Shown here in pieces: positions 1 through 9,319 of a stretch of 40,474 bases of DNA. Origin of the DNA: an uncultured Prevotella sp. (GTDB lineage Bacteria > Bacteroidota > Bacteroidia > Bacteroidales > Bacteroidaceae); contig CAZURD010000003.1 of assembly GCA_964623445.1 (NCBI GenBank), forward strand, positions 1 to 40,474, given 5' to 3'. How positions within the stretch are numbered: position 1 is the stretch's first letter; each line of letters starts with the position of its first letter. Both the position numbers and the translations under genes were made by a program. Below the pieces are notes generated by a model, which did not search any database, was not told the origin of the DNA, and was given only the letters and a program-made list of their open reading frames with translations.

Positions 1-133
1 GCCTCGCCGAAAGCGTAGCGGGCTACGCCGAGACGAGACGGATGGCAAGATGCCGACAGGAGCGCGGAAGCAGGCGAAGAGTTTAAAGAAAGCCCTTTCT
101 CGGCGCAATAACGCCTAATGACCGATTTGGGAT
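1..133. mobile_element. MITE-like fold-back element, family A (truncated by window edge)
   Basis: Reverse complement of 1-133 aligns nearly base for base with 16999-17133. It contains the GCGTAGC-GG-GCTACGC hairpin (13-28) and ends GACCGATTTGGGAT followed by TA. Confidence 0.8.
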
Positions 134-294
134 TATTCTGAAAACAGGCAATCCCAAATGCAAGTTACGCTCGCTGGCGGTGCTGAAAAAACACGACAAA
201 CGGGAATCGCAAACCAGAGAAGAATTTGGGATTTTTGCGCCGTCATTTCGGAATCATTGCGGCGCAAAATGTAAAATAACAGTCAAAAGCGGGG

Positions 295-448
295 CGGTTG
301 ATGCCCCGTTATACCGCGTTTTGACGGAAATCGGGGCGCATTCGATGCCCAATCGCGAGGCAACGGGGCATTAAACGGCGGGCAATTAATGCCTTATTGC
401 ACGCCGTTTAATGCCTTATTGCGTCCCAATTAATGCCCCGTTGCGCGG
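295..448. repeat. 22-bp-period array of 17-bp cassettes (copy 1, 7 units, mixed orientation)
   Basis: Units start at 295, 317, 339, 361, 383, 405 and 427, e.g. CAACGGGGCATTAAACG (361), CAATTAATGCCTTATTG (383), CAATTAATGCCCCGTTG (427). Confidence 0.85.
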
Positions 449-611
449 CGGCGAGACTGCTTTTCACGTGGCGAATGAGGCTCACAGGACTTACAGTCCT
501 CATAATCAAGCAGTTGACAAATATGCCTCCAGAATCGCGTATTTGCGGCAAAAGATTTTGTTTCTCAAAAAAACGCCCAAAATCGAGGCTTAAACCTTGA
601 AGTTTTACTTT

Positions 612-690
612 AACCAAAATCGGTAATTAGGCCGTTGTTGCGTTGGGAAAAACTTTTCTTTAAGCCCTTAGTCGGCTTTTGTATGCGCCA
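612..690. repeat. Degenerate end fragment of family A element
   Basis: AACCAAAATCGGTAATTAGGCCGTTGTTGCGTTGGGAAAAACTTTTCTTTAAGCCCTT resembles ATCCCCAAATCGGTCATTGGGCCGTTATTGCGCCGAGAAAGGACTTTCTTAAAACTCTT at 16999. Confidence 0.6.
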
Positions 691-1114
691 ATACCTACTT
701 TCGGTGTTTTCCTTTTATTAACGCCGTGTCACCGCATCTTTCCATATTTTTAACCACAAAAAGTCGGCAATTTAGAATGTTCACCCACTGCAAACGCATT
801 TGCATCACATCCTATATGCAAGGCCAGCGGCGCAATATTGAAGAGCGAACCTAAAATCGCAATAACCTGCTTGCCAACATATTACAACAATAGAACAGCA
901 TAAAGAATTGCATCTGTCAAGGCTCTGGGCACATGAACGGAAAGACAGTGCAGAATGAAAGCACAATTATTAGGAATCGAAAGCATATTTTACAGAATTA
1001 AGAACAGAAAAGAATTGTAACCGTATTCTTCAGAATACCAACAAATTGCGATTGCGTGTTAAAAAGAATATTGTGAATTTTGCACCCGAAATAAAAGGCA
1101 AAAAGGATTTTTAT

Positions 1115-3499
1115 ATGTGGATATTCAACCTAAGAAAGACCGTGCTTCTCGCAGTGGCACTCGTTTCTTTGGCTGTACAAGCCCAAGAGGCGGGCTTGAT
1201 TTCCGGGCGCATCTACACCGCCGACAAGCAGCCTGCCGACTTTGCCGCCGTGCAGCTAAAGGGCACGGGCTATGGCAGCAGGACCGATTCCGCAGGCCTC
1301 TACCACGTGAAAGCACCCGCAGGCGACTACACTCTCGTGGTGTCGGCCATAGGCTATAAGCCCATCGAACGCAAGGTGACGCTGAACGCGGGCGAGCGCG
1401 TGAAGCTCAACTTCCGCCTGAGCGAGGCTTCAATAGAGATCGGCGAGGTGCAGGTGGTGTCGTCGGGGGTGAGCCGCGTGAATAATTCCGCCTATAACGC
1501 CGTGGCCATCGACACCCGCGACATGCTCAACACCACAAAGACGCTCAGCGAAGCGTTGGCCAAGGCCCCCGGTGTGAAGCTGCGGGAGTCGGGCGGCGTA
1601 GGCTCCGACATGAACATTACGCTCGACGGTTTCAGCGGACGGCACGTCAAAGTGTTCATCGACGGCGTGCCGCAGGAGGGTGTCGGCAGCTCGTTCGGCC
1701 TCAACAACATTCCCGTGAACTTCGCCGAACGCATCGAAGTGTACAAGGGCGTGGTGCCCGTGGGCTTCGGAACGGATGCCATCGGCGGCGTGATCAACGT
1801 GGTGACGGGCAAGAAACGCCGCAAGTGGTTCGTCGATGCGTCATACTCCTACGGCTCGTTCAACACCCACCGCTCGCACGTGAACTTCGGACAGACGTTC
1901 GACAACGGGCTGACCTACGAGATAACGGCATTCCAGAACTACTCCGACAACGACTATTACGTGGACGCTCCCGTGTACGACTTTGAACTGGAAAGAATCA
2001 ACGTGAACGATCTCCAACACGTGAAACGGTTCAACGACACCTACCACAACGAGGCAGTGGCGGCAAAGGTGGGTGTCGTGGGGAAGAAGTGGGCCGACCG
2101 ACTGATGCTCGGCTTCACCTATTCGCACATGTACAAGGAAATACAGACGGGCGTAAGGCAGAAGACCGTGTTCGGACAGAAGCACCGCCACGGGCAGTCG
2201 TTCATGCCGTCGGTGGAGTATTCAAAGCGCGACCTGTTCATAAAGGGACTGAGTGTGATGGCCACAGTGAACTATAACCGCAACTCCACGACAAACGTGG
2301 ACACGGCGACATACCAATACAACTGGCTCGGCGAAAGGCGGAAGCGCACGAGCGCGGGCGAGCAGTCGAACCAACTGACGCGCTCCGACAACGACAACTG
2401 GAACTCAACGATCACGGTGAACTACCGCATATCGCGCATACACACGCTCACGTTCAACAACGTGTTCAACTGGTTCAGGCGCGAAAACACCTCGCTGCTC
2501 ACCGCTCAGGAAATCACCGACCCGATAGCCAAGAGGTCGAACAAGAACATCGCCGGGCTGTCTTACCGCCTGATGCCGAACGACAAGTGGAACGCCACGG
2601 TGTTCGGGAAATACTACCGGCTCTACACCGCAGGCCCGGTGGCCACCTCGTCCACCCAGTCAGACTACGTGCGCACCGGCCGCACGCTCGACTGCTGGGG
2701 CTTCGGCGCGGCGGGCACTTACTTCATACTGCCCGGACTGCAAGTGAAGCTGTCCTACGAAAAGGCATACCGACTGCCCACCGTGGACGAGATGTTCGGC
2801 GACGAAGACCTCGAGACGGGCAGCGTGACCCTCAACCCGGAGAACAGTCACAACATAAACGCCGGCCTTAGCTACCAACGCACGTTCGGGCAGCACTCCG
2901 TCTACGCCGAGGGAGGCTTCATCTACCGCGACACGAAAGACTACATACAGCGCCAAATCGCGGAGTTGAGCGGCAACCGCGAGGGAGCTTACTACCACAA
3001 CTACGGACGGGTGAAGACCAAAGGCTTCAACTTCTCGGCACGCTACAGCTTCGGGAAGTGGGTCAGCGTTGGCGGCAACTTCACGCAGATGGACGTGAGA
3101 GACAACGAACGGCTGATGGTGGGAAGCACGTCGGTGGCCAACCCGCTATACAACACGAGGATGCCCAACTTGCCATACCGCTTCGCCGACAGCGACGTGA
3201 ACTTCTACTGGCATGACCTCTGGAAAAAGGGCAACGTGCTGACCGTGACCTACGACAACCAATATCTGCACAGCTTCTGCTACTATTCGGATGGAGTGAG
3301 CGCGACGAACATGGACGAATACATGGTGCCGACGCAGTTCTCGCACAACCTGACGCTCTCTTACAGCATCAACAACGGCAGATACAACTTCTCGCTGGAA
3401 TGCCGCAACTTCACCGACGAGAAGCTCTACGACAACTTCAGCCTGCAAAAGGCCGGGCGGGCGTTCTACGGAAAGGTGCGCGTAAACTTCGGCGGATAG
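1115..3499 (+). CDS. TonB-dependent outer-membrane receptor with N-terminal carboxypeptidase-regulatory-like domain (XusA-like, probable iron/siderophore uptake)
   Basis: Signal peptide after ATG 1115 (MWIFNLRKTVLLAVALVSLAVQA), plug motifs (VFIDGVP; AERIEVYKG; DAIGGVINVVT), LNPENS barrel motif and C-terminal GRAFYGKVRVNF. Followed by DUF4374 and PepSY genes. Confidence 0.93.
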   Translation: MWIFNLRKTVLLAVALVSLAVQAQEAGLISGRIYTADKQPADFAAVQLKGTGYGSRTDSAGLYHVKAPAGDYTLVVSAIGYKPIERKVTLNAGERVKLNFRLSEASIEIGEVQVVSSGVSRVNNSAYNAVAIDTRDMLNTTKTLSEALAKAPGVKLRESGGVGSDMNITLDGFSGRHVKVFIDGVPQEGVGSSFGLNNIPVNFAERIEVYKGVVPVGFGTDAIGGVINVVTGKKRRKWFVDASYSYGSFNTHRSHVNFGQTFDNGLTYEITAFQNYSDNDYYVDAPVYDFELERINVNDLQHVKRFNDTYHNEAVAAKVGVVGKKWADRLMLGFTYSHMYKEIQTGVRQKTVFGQKHRHGQSFMPSVEYSKRDLFIKGLSVMATVNYNRNSTTNVDTATYQYNWLGERRKRTSAGEQSNQLTRSDNDNWNSTITVNYRISRIHTLTFNNVFNWFRRENTSLLTAQEITDPIAKRSNKNIAGLSYRLMPNDKWNATVFGKYYRLYTAGPVATSSTQSDYVRTGRTLDCWGFGAAGTYFILPGLQVKLSYEKAYRLPTVDEMFGDEDLETGSVTLNPENSHNINAGLSYQRTFGQHSVYAEGGFIYRDTKDYIQRQIAELSGNREGAYYHNYGRVKTKGFNFSARYSFGKWVSVGGNFTQMDVRDNERLMVGSTSVANPLYNTRMPNLPYRFADSDVNFYWHDLWKKGNVLTVTYDNQYLHSFCYYSDGVSATNMDEYMVPTQFSHNLTLSYSINNGRYNFSLECRNFTDEKLYDNFSLQKAGRAFYGKVRVNFGG

Positions 3500-3571
3500 C
3501 CTGACACGCGCCCGAACCGACAATAAAGGCAACAATAAAGACAACGACAAAAAACAATATTCACAAACAAA

Positions 3572-5044
3572 ATGCAAACAATGAGAAAGTGTTATCTACT
3601 TGCCGCGATGGCCGCGATGGCCATGTCCGGACTGGTTTTCACCTCGTGCTCCGATGACGACAGCAACGACACGACCAACGGCACGACCGACGGCACGACC
3701 GACGGCGATGGCGGCTCAACGTCGTCCGACACGTATGCCAAATACGTGATAGCCACCACGATTACTGGGTCGGGCAGCACGACCAACATGCTGATAACAG
3801 CCGATTCGCTAAGCGGCGAAATATCTGCCTCGGGGGGGCTTGTCAACGACGGGGCAACCTATTGGGTGTTCCATAGCAACAAGTATCTCTACGCACTGAA
3901 CTACAACCAGGGCGAGTCGGGCACCACCTACTCTTACGAGCGCAACTCGGCCGGCAACATCCAGAGGCGCGACTATGAATATTACATCACCCGCTTCACC
4001 TCATACGGCATCTACGACGACGAGATAATCACTACGTCGTCCGGCGAGGGCAACCCCGACTGGGCCGATGACAGCGGTTACGTGCCCTACGTATTCAAGA
4101 TTACCCACCTCAACGTGGTGGAGGAAACGTCATATAAAAACGAGACTTACAACTCCGACGGCGAATTGGTAGTGGAAGACTCTTCCTACATCTGCGAGAA
4201 CTTCCTCGGCAACGGCGAGTATGTCACGCTTGCAGGAATTGAACAGGTGGGTAGCCAAATCTACTCGGCAGTTATCCCCATGGGACTGACGCAGTATGGC
4301 GCCAACCAACGCGCAGCCGACGGCTCACGCCTCTGGGTTCGCGACGGCTACGACGACCTGATAAAGACGGAAAGCGGCGGCTCGAACTCCGCTTCCTACA
4401 GTGAAGGCGAGCTGCAATACACGCAATGGCCCGACAGCTGCTGGGTGGCAATATTCAGTGACAACAGCTTCACGGAGAAGAAAATCATCAAGACGGGCAA
4501 GATAAGCTATGCCTGCGGACGATACAGGTCGCAGTATTACCAGATGATTTGGGCTACGGACGACGGCAAATATGTCTACGTAATCTCGCCGAGCTATGCC
4601 AAGACCATGAGCGACGAGCGTCAGCAGACCACGCTCGATGCCGGCGTTATGCGCATAGACACAGAGGCAGAGGCTTTCGACGACTACTACTGCAACCTTG
4701 AAAGCCTCTCCGAGAACGGGCTTCAACGCAGCTGGTACATCGGCGACCACAACTTCCTCTTCCTCATGTACGACGGTCCTCTTAGCGGGGCAAGCTCCAC
4801 TGCAACCGTGCTGGCGGTGTTCAACGCCGAAGAGAAGAGCCTCAAAAACGTAGAAGGACTGCCTGACGACGTGTCGGGATTTGGCTCAACGCCCTACATG
4901 GAGGGCGGCATGGCATACGTGTCGGTGAACACCGAGTCGGGTTCTCCCGCCATCTACGAGATTAACCCCTCCACGGGCGAAGCCACAAAGGTGCTCACCG
5001 TGAGCGGAGCGACAACCATCGCAGGTGTCGGCATCATAGACTAA
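3572..5044 (+). CDS. DUF4374-family surface lipoprotein (XusB-like)
   Basis: Lipobox FTSC followed by an acidic SDDDS linker. Motifs [30 protein letters not shown] and [18 protein letters not shown] recognised as DUF4374. Confidence 0.88.
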   Translation: MQTMRKCYLLAAMAAMAMSGLVFTSCSDDDSNDTTNGTTDGTTDGDGGSTSSDTYAKYVIATTITGSGSTTNMLITADSLSGEISASGGLVNDGATYWVFHSNKYLYALNYNQGESGTTYSYERNSAGNIQRRDYEYYITRFTSYGIYDDEIITTSSGEGNPDWADDSGYVPYVFKITHLNVVEETSYKNETYNSDGELVVEDSSYICENFLGNGEYVTLAGIEQVGSQIYSAVIPMGLTQYGANQRAADGSRLWVRDGYDDLIKTESGGSNSASYSEGELQYTQWPDSCWVAIFSDNSFTEKKIIKTGKISYACGRYRSQYYQMIWATDDGKYVYVISPSYAKTMSDERQQTTLDAGVMRIDTEAEAFDDYYCNLESLSENGLQRSWYIGDHNFLFLMYDGPLSGASSTATVLAVFNAEEKSLKNVEGLPDDVSGFGSTPYMEGGMAYVSVNTESGSPAIYEINPSTGEATKVLTVSGATTIAGVGIID

Positions 5045-5067
5045 GCGGTCTCACCGCATAATGGCCT

Positions 5068-5101
5068 GTGGGCTGGAGCTGCTTCCACGGCTTCAGCCCA
5101 C
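5068..5101 (+). other. Intergenic stem-loop between DUF4374 and PepSY genes
   Basis: GTGGGCTGGAGC ... GCTTCAGCCCAC inverted repeat with no clear U-tract; possibly an mRNA stabiliser. Confidence 0.55.
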
Positions 5102-5171
5102 TACCCGTAAAAAGGGGCAACGATGTCCCGATATGCCCCATTCTTCCCTTAACCAAAATCCCGAACATACA

Positions 5172-6413
5172 ATGATAAAGAAAATCCACTTGTGGCTCTC
5201 CGTGCCTTTCGGCATCTTGATAACCCTGATATGCTTCTCGGGGGCTATGCTCGTGTTCGAGAAAGAGATAACAGAGGCCATGAACACAGGCCTGTACAAG
5301 GTAGATTCGAGTGCAGGCAAGCCACTGCCAGTGGACGTTGTGGCTGCGCGCGTGGCCGTGACCCTGCCCGAAGATGTCAGCGTCACGGGCGTAACCGTCG
5401 TCCCCGACCCATCGGAGGCATATCGGGTGGGGCTGTCAAAGCCACGCCGCGCCGTGGTCTACGTCAACCAATACACTGGCGAAGTGCTCGGACGGCAGGA
5501 ACGTCCCGCGTTCTTCGCTACCATGTTCAGCCTCCACCGCTGGCTCCTCGACAGCGGACGCCCCGACGGCCGTCCCGCATGGGGCAAGATTGCGGTGGGC
5601 GTTTCCACGATAATGTTTGTCATAGCACTCATCACCGGCATCATAATCTGGTGGCCAAAGTCGCGCAAGGCATTGCGCAACAGCCTCAAACTGACCGTCG
5701 GAAAGGGACGATTCCGCTTCTGGCACAGCCTCCACGTGGCCGGCGGTGTCTACGCGATGGTGCTGCTTCTGGCTATGGCACTTACCGGACTAACGTGGTC
5801 GTTCTCTTGGTATAACCGCGCATTCTATGCCGTCTTCGGCGTGGAAGCCCCCTCCGGAGGCGGTCACGGAGGCGGAACAACGGCCAAGGCGCAGTCCGGA
5901 GGCGGACGGCAGCAGGCGGACGGTGAGCGTGGCGGACGCAGTGGACGCAACGGCAACGGCGGCGAACGTCACGGCAACGGCGAAAGACGCGGCGGCAACG
6001 GCGAGGGACGGCGAGGCAACCACGGCCCCAAAGCGGAACGCAACGACTTCACGTGGCAGCGCGTCTACGACCAACTGAACGCCTCCAACCCGCACGCTGC
6101 ATCGATAACAATAGGCGACGGGGAGGCAACGGTAACGCCGGGAGGATTAGGAAACACCCGCGCCACCGACAGATACACATTCGACAAGGCGACAGGACAA
6201 GTCACGTCGGCCACGCTCTATGCCGACTCACAGGCGCAAGGAAAGATGCGCGGGTGGATATTCTCCGTACACACAGGCTCTTTCGGCGGCTTGTTCACGC
6301 GCATTCTGTGGTTTCTTGCGGCACTGCTTGGCGCAAGTCTGCCCCTGACGGGATATTACTTGTGGATAAGGCGTCTTTACATGCGCCACAAGCACGCAGG
6401 AAATAAAGCCTGA
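5172..6413 (+). CDS. PepSY-associated TM helix domain inner-membrane protein (XusC-like, putative ferric reductase)
   Basis: IHLWLSVPFG, LHRWLL, FWHSLHVAGG and SVHTGSFGG His motifs, with four to five TM segments. Start taken at MIKKIHLW. Confidence 0.9.
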   Translation: MIKKIHLWLSVPFGILITLICFSGAMLVFEKEITEAMNTGLYKVDSSAGKPLPVDVVAARVAVTLPEDVSVTGVTVVPDPSEAYRVGLSKPRRAVVYVNQYTGEVLGRQERPAFFATMFSLHRWLLDSGRPDGRPAWGKIAVGVSTIMFVIALITGIIIWWPKSRKALRNSLKLTVGKGRFRFWHSLHVAGGVYAMVLLLAMALTGLTWSFSWYNRAFYAVFGVEAPSGGGHGGGTTAKAQSGGGRQQADGERGGRSGRNGNGGERHGNGERRGGNGEGRRGNHGPKAERNDFTWQRVYDQLNASNPHAASITIGDGEATVTPGGLGNTRATDRYTFDKATGQVTSATLYADSQAQGKMRGWIFSVHTGSFGGLFTRILWFLAALLGASLPLTGYYLWIRRLYMRHKHAGNKA

Positions 6414-6427
6414 AAACATACGGGCGA

Positions 6428-6452
6428 CGTAACGGGGCGTTACGTTTCTTTT
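6428..6452 (+). terminator. Probable intrinsic terminator of the TonB/DUF4374/PepSY operon
   Basis: ACGTAACG-GGG-CGTTACGT stem followed by TTCTTTT, shortly after the PepSY stop. Confidence 0.6.
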
Positions 6453-6455
6453 CAC

Positions 6456-6463
6456 TATCTTTG
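6456..6463 (+). promoter_or_regulatory. Bacteroidota -7 promoter box for the glutaredoxin-like gene
   Basis: TATCTTTG matches TAnnTTTG, about 95 bp upstream of ATG 6557. Confidence 0.55.
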
Positions 6464-6556
6464 CCGTGTCAAGGAGGCATTCGCTGCCCGCGCGTCTGCA
6501 ACAGGCGGCTGGCAGGCCTCCCGGCATTGGCAATGTATAACGTAACGCTTCAAGCA

Positions 6557-6856
6557 ATGATTAAGATTTATGGAATGGAGACCTGCCCGGACTGCACTTA
6601 TTTGGACGAGCAGGTGAAAGGAAACGACAACTACGAGGTGATAGACATCGGCAAGCACGTGCGCTATCTGAAGGAATTCCTGCGCTTGCGCGACACCGCC
6701 GAGGCTTTCGCCGCCGTCCGCCGCATCGGGGCTGTGGGCATACCGTGCTTCGTTCTCGAAGACGGCACAGTGACGCTGAAGCCCGAAGAGGCCGGCCTGC
6801 GTCCGCGCCCAATGGACGAAGGCTCAGCGTGTAGCATCGATGGCAAGGGCTGTTAA
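6557..6856 (+). CDS. Glutaredoxin-related protein (thioredoxin fold)
   Basis: IYGMETCPDC (CxxC), GIPCFV cis-Pro motif and C-terminal ACSIDGKGC. Confidence 0.85.
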   Translation: MIKIYGMETCPDCTYLDEQVKGNDNYEVIDIGKHVRYLKEFLRLRDTAEAFAAVRRIGAVGIPCFVLEDGTVTLKPEEAGLRPRPMDEGSACSIDGKGC

Positions 6857-6900
6857 GTCCATTTCACGCCAAAACTAAGCCCACTTTACGCCAAAACGAA

Positions 6901-6930
6901 ATTAGGCCGCAACGATGGTTGCGGCCTAAT
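6901..6930. terminator. Bidirectional terminator between convergent genes
   Basis: Perfect 13-bp inverted repeat ATTAGGCCGCAAC-GATG-GTTGCGGCCTAAT. Confidence 0.75.
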
Positions 6931-6964
6931 AGGTTTGTATGCGAAGCCTCCTGGGGCTTTATTG

Positions 6965-7123
6965 TCAGTTCTTGAAGAAGTCCTTCACAGCTTCGTTGGG
7001 CACCATCTTCTCCTCGAAGACATACGCGCCAGTCTTCGGGCTTTTCACCATGCGTATCACCTTGGAGTATGCACGGCCATCCTTTGAACCCTCGTGGAGG
7101 GTTGCCACGGTTTTCTTTGCCAT
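6965..7123 (-). CDS. DUF4295 family small protein (52 aa; below the ORF-track cutoff)
   Basis: Hand translation MAKKTVATLHEGSKDGRAYSKVIRMVKSPKTGAYVFEEKMVPNEAVKDFFKN. It sits in the usual Bacteroidota position after rpmG. Confidence 0.9.
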   Translation of the reverse strand: MAKKTVATLHEGSKDGRAYSKVIRMVKSPKTGAYVFEEKMVPNEAVKDFFKN

Positions 7124-7147
7124 CTCGTGTAGTCTTTGTTACGGTTT

Positions 7148-7336
7148 TTACTTAATCTCCTTGTGGAGCGTCATCTTCCTCAGGATTGGGTTATACTTCA
7201 TCAGTTCCATCCTGTCGGGAGTGTTCTTGCGGTTCTTTGTCGTCACGTAACGGCTCGTTCCGCTCATCCCGCTGTTCTTCATCTCAGTGCATTCGAGTAT
7301 CACCTGCACACGGTTGCCTTTGGTCTTCTTAGCCAT
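7148..7336 (-). CDS. rpmG: 50S ribosomal protein L33
   Basis: [18 protein letters not shown]...[35 protein letters not shown]. Confidence 0.97.
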   Translation of the reverse strand: MAKKTKGNRVQVILECTEMKNSGMSGTSRYVTTKNRKNTPDRMELMKYNPILRKMTLHKEIK

Positions 7337-7342
7337 TTTGCG

Positions 7343-7606
7343 TCAGTCTCCTATCACTTTAATGTCTTTCCAGTCGCAGTACCCTTTGGCCACGGCCTTC
7401 TTCAGAGCTGCGTCGAGTCCAATCTTGTTGATCAATCGCAAGCCAGCGGCACTCGTCTTGAGCTGAATCCAGCAATTCTCCTCGACGTAATAGAACTTCT
7501 TCTTGAACAGGTTAACGTCAAAGGTGCGCTTGGTGCGATGCTTCGAGTGCGACACATTGTTGCCAATCTGTGCCCTTCTCCCCGTAATCTGACAAATCTT
7601 CGCCAT
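7343..7606 (-). CDS. rpmB: 50S ribosomal protein L28
   Basis: [33 protein letters not shown]; start at 7606. Confidence 0.97.
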   Translation of the reverse strand: MAKICQITGRRAQIGNNVSHSKHRTKRTFDVNLFKKKFYYVEENCWIQLKTSAAGLRLINKIGLDAALKKAVAKGYCDWKDIKVIGD

Positions 7607-7657
7607 CTTTATCTGTTGTTTTCGTTTCTTTTTGAGTTTACTGTTCCAAACAGTTTG

Positions 7658-7689
7658 CAAAGTTAGGGCTTTTTCCCCTAAAAGCCAAA
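7658..7689 (-). promoter_or_regulatory. Primary-sigma promoter of rpmB-rpmG-DUF4295
   Basis: Minus strand TTTG (7686-7689), 20-nt spacer, TAACTTTG (7658-7665). Confidence 0.75.
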
Positions 7690-7771
7690 CATTTGCTTTA
7701 AAAATCAGAATATTATGCCTTTTTTCCACTTCCGTAGAGTGGCCGTGTGGCCTCGGATGGCAGCCCGGCTG

Positions 7772-8275
7772 CTATTCGGCCTGATATTCATCCGCTTTCA
7801 GGAAGTCGAGGAAGAGCTGCATGGCTTTCTTTGTGGCTATGGCGAGGTTTATGTCGCGTCCGTGGTCTTCCTCAACCTTGAACGTCACGGTCTTGGCTGG
7901 TGAGCCACAGGCCAGCCACACCGTCCCGACGGGTATGTCCTTGGAGCCGCCCGTGGGCCCGGCTATGCCCGTTGCGGCTATCGCGAAATCCGTTTCGAGG
8001 GCGTGGCACGCTCCTCTGACCATCGCGATGGCCACCTCCTCACACACGGCCGTCTTCTCTTCGAGCAGTGTGTGCGGTACGCCGAGCAGCCTTTCCTTCA
8101 CCTCGTTGGTGTAGGAGATGATGCCTCCCTTGAAGTATTTCGATGCTCCTGGCACCGAGATGATGGCCTCGGCAATGCGTCCGCCCGTGCAACTCTCTGC
8201 CGTGGCAAGCGTCTGCTCGCGTTCCCAGAGCAGCTGGCTTATCTCCCTGCTGATTATTTTGCTTTCAAATTCCAT
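7772..8275 (-). CDS. cinA: CinA C-terminal domain protein (PncC-like nicotinamide-nucleotide amidase)
   Basis: LATAESCTGG, PGASKYFKGGIISYTNEVK, TGIAGPTGG and PVGTVW motifs. Confidence 0.9.
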   Translation of the reverse strand: MEFESKIISREISQLLWEREQTLATAESCTGGRIAEAIISVPGASKYFKGGIISYTNEVKERLLGVPHTLLEEKTAVCEEVAIAMVRGACHALETDFAIAATGIAGPTGGSKDIPVGTVWLACGSPAKTVTFKVEEDHGRDINLAIATKKAMQLFLDFLKADEYQAE

Positions 8276-8287
8276 GTCGGTGAGCTT

Positions 8288-9319
8288 TTATTTGAATGTG
8301 ACTTTGGAGAACGCCGGCGCGTCAATGGCGCAGAACTCCCCGTTGAGGTATTTGTAATGGCCCGTGATTGCAATCATGGCCGCGTTGTCTGTGGTATAAC
8401 TGAACTTCGGGATGTATATCGTCCAGCCGTATTTCCGTGCGTGTTCGCGGAACGCCTCCCGCAGTCCCGTGTTGGCACTCACGCCCCCTGCCACTGCCAC
8501 GTGGCTTATCCCAGTCTGCTTCACGGCGATGCGCAGCTTCTTCATGAGTATATCCACCACGGTGAACTCAAGGCTTGCGGCGAGGTCTTCCTTATGGGCT
8601 TCCACGAAGTCAGGCTCTGCCTTCACCCAGTCGCGGAGCGAATAGAGGAACGATGTCTTTAGTCCGCTGAAGCTATAGTCAAGCCCCGGGATGTGAGGCT
8701 GTGCGAACTTGTATGCGTGCGGGTTGCCCTTACGCGCGAGCCTGTCTATTATCGGCCCGCCGGGGTAGCCCAATCCCATCACCTTGGAGCACTTGTCGAT
8801 GGCCTCGCCCGCCGCGTCGTCGATTGTCTGCCCGAGCACTTCCATGTCGTTGTAGGCATTTACGCGCACAATCTGCGAGTTTCCGCCGCTCACGAGCAGG
8901 CAGATGAATGGCAGCGGCGGTGCGGAATTGTCGTCGGGCGTCTCCTTTATGAAGTGCGCCATGACGTGGCCTTGCAGGTGGTTTACGTCAATCAGCGGTA
9001 TGCCGAGCGAGCGGGCAAGTCCCTTTGCGAAGTTCACGCCCACGAGCAGCGAACCCATCAGTCCCGGGCCGCGCGTGAACGCCACTGCCGTGAGGTCGTC
9101 CTTGGTTATCCCGGCGCGCTTGATGGCTGTGTCCACCACGGGCACCACGTTCTGCTGGTGGGCGCGTGAGGCCAGCTCGGGCACCACTCCGCCGTACTCC
9201 CGGTGTACGTCTTGGCTTGCGGTGACGTTGCTCAGCAGCACGCCGTCGCACAGGACGGCGGCCGATGTGTCGTCGCAGCTGCTCTCGATGCCTAATATAT
9301 AGATGTGGCCTTGTTTCAT
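8288..9319 (-). CDS. tsaD: tRNA N6-adenosine threonylcarbamoyltransferase TsaD
   Basis: ILGIESSCDD, GGVVPELASRAH, HLQGH, DDAAGEAIDK and TDNAAMIA motifs. ATGA overlap with the map stop. Confidence 0.96.
   Translation of the reverse strand: MKQGHIYILGIESSCDDTSAAVLCDGVLLSNVTASQDVHREYGGVVPELASRAHQQNVVPVVDTAIKRAGITKDDLTAVAFTRGPGLMGSLLVGVNFAKGLARSLGIPLIDVNHLQGHVMAHFIKETPDDNSAPPLPFICLLVSGGNSQIVRVNAYNDMEVLGQTIDDAAGEAIDKCSKVMGLGYPGGPIIDRLARKGNPHAYKFAQPHIPGLDYSFSGLKTSFLYSLRDWVKAEPDFVEAHKEDLAASLEFTVVDILMKKLRIAVKQTGISHVAVAGGVSANTGLREAFREHARKYGWTIYIPKFSYTTDNAAMIAITGHYKYLNGEFCAIDAPAFSKVTFK

Noticed and set aside
180-617. Short ORFs in repeat regions (180-374, 411-593, 408-617; also 11840-12237, 27476-27703, 32604-33096, 40090-40467)
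   Set aside because: They are translations of the repeat elements (e.g. MKTAEARPLFSC and PINA recur at several loci); no independent coding evidence.
760-1045. Fur box upstream of the TonB receptor
   Set aside because: AT-rich with partial ATTTAGAAT/ATTAGGAAT words but no convincing palindrome; needs a PWM scan.
1046-1114. Upstream in-frame extensions in the ORF track (TonB 1046, mfd 17314, rpmB 7729, tsaD 9445, tilS 25566, yebC 30497, pheT 32572, leuA 40038 and others)
   Set aside because: They run through promoter boxes or neighbouring genes. Family N-termini and ATGA overlaps support the shorter starts.
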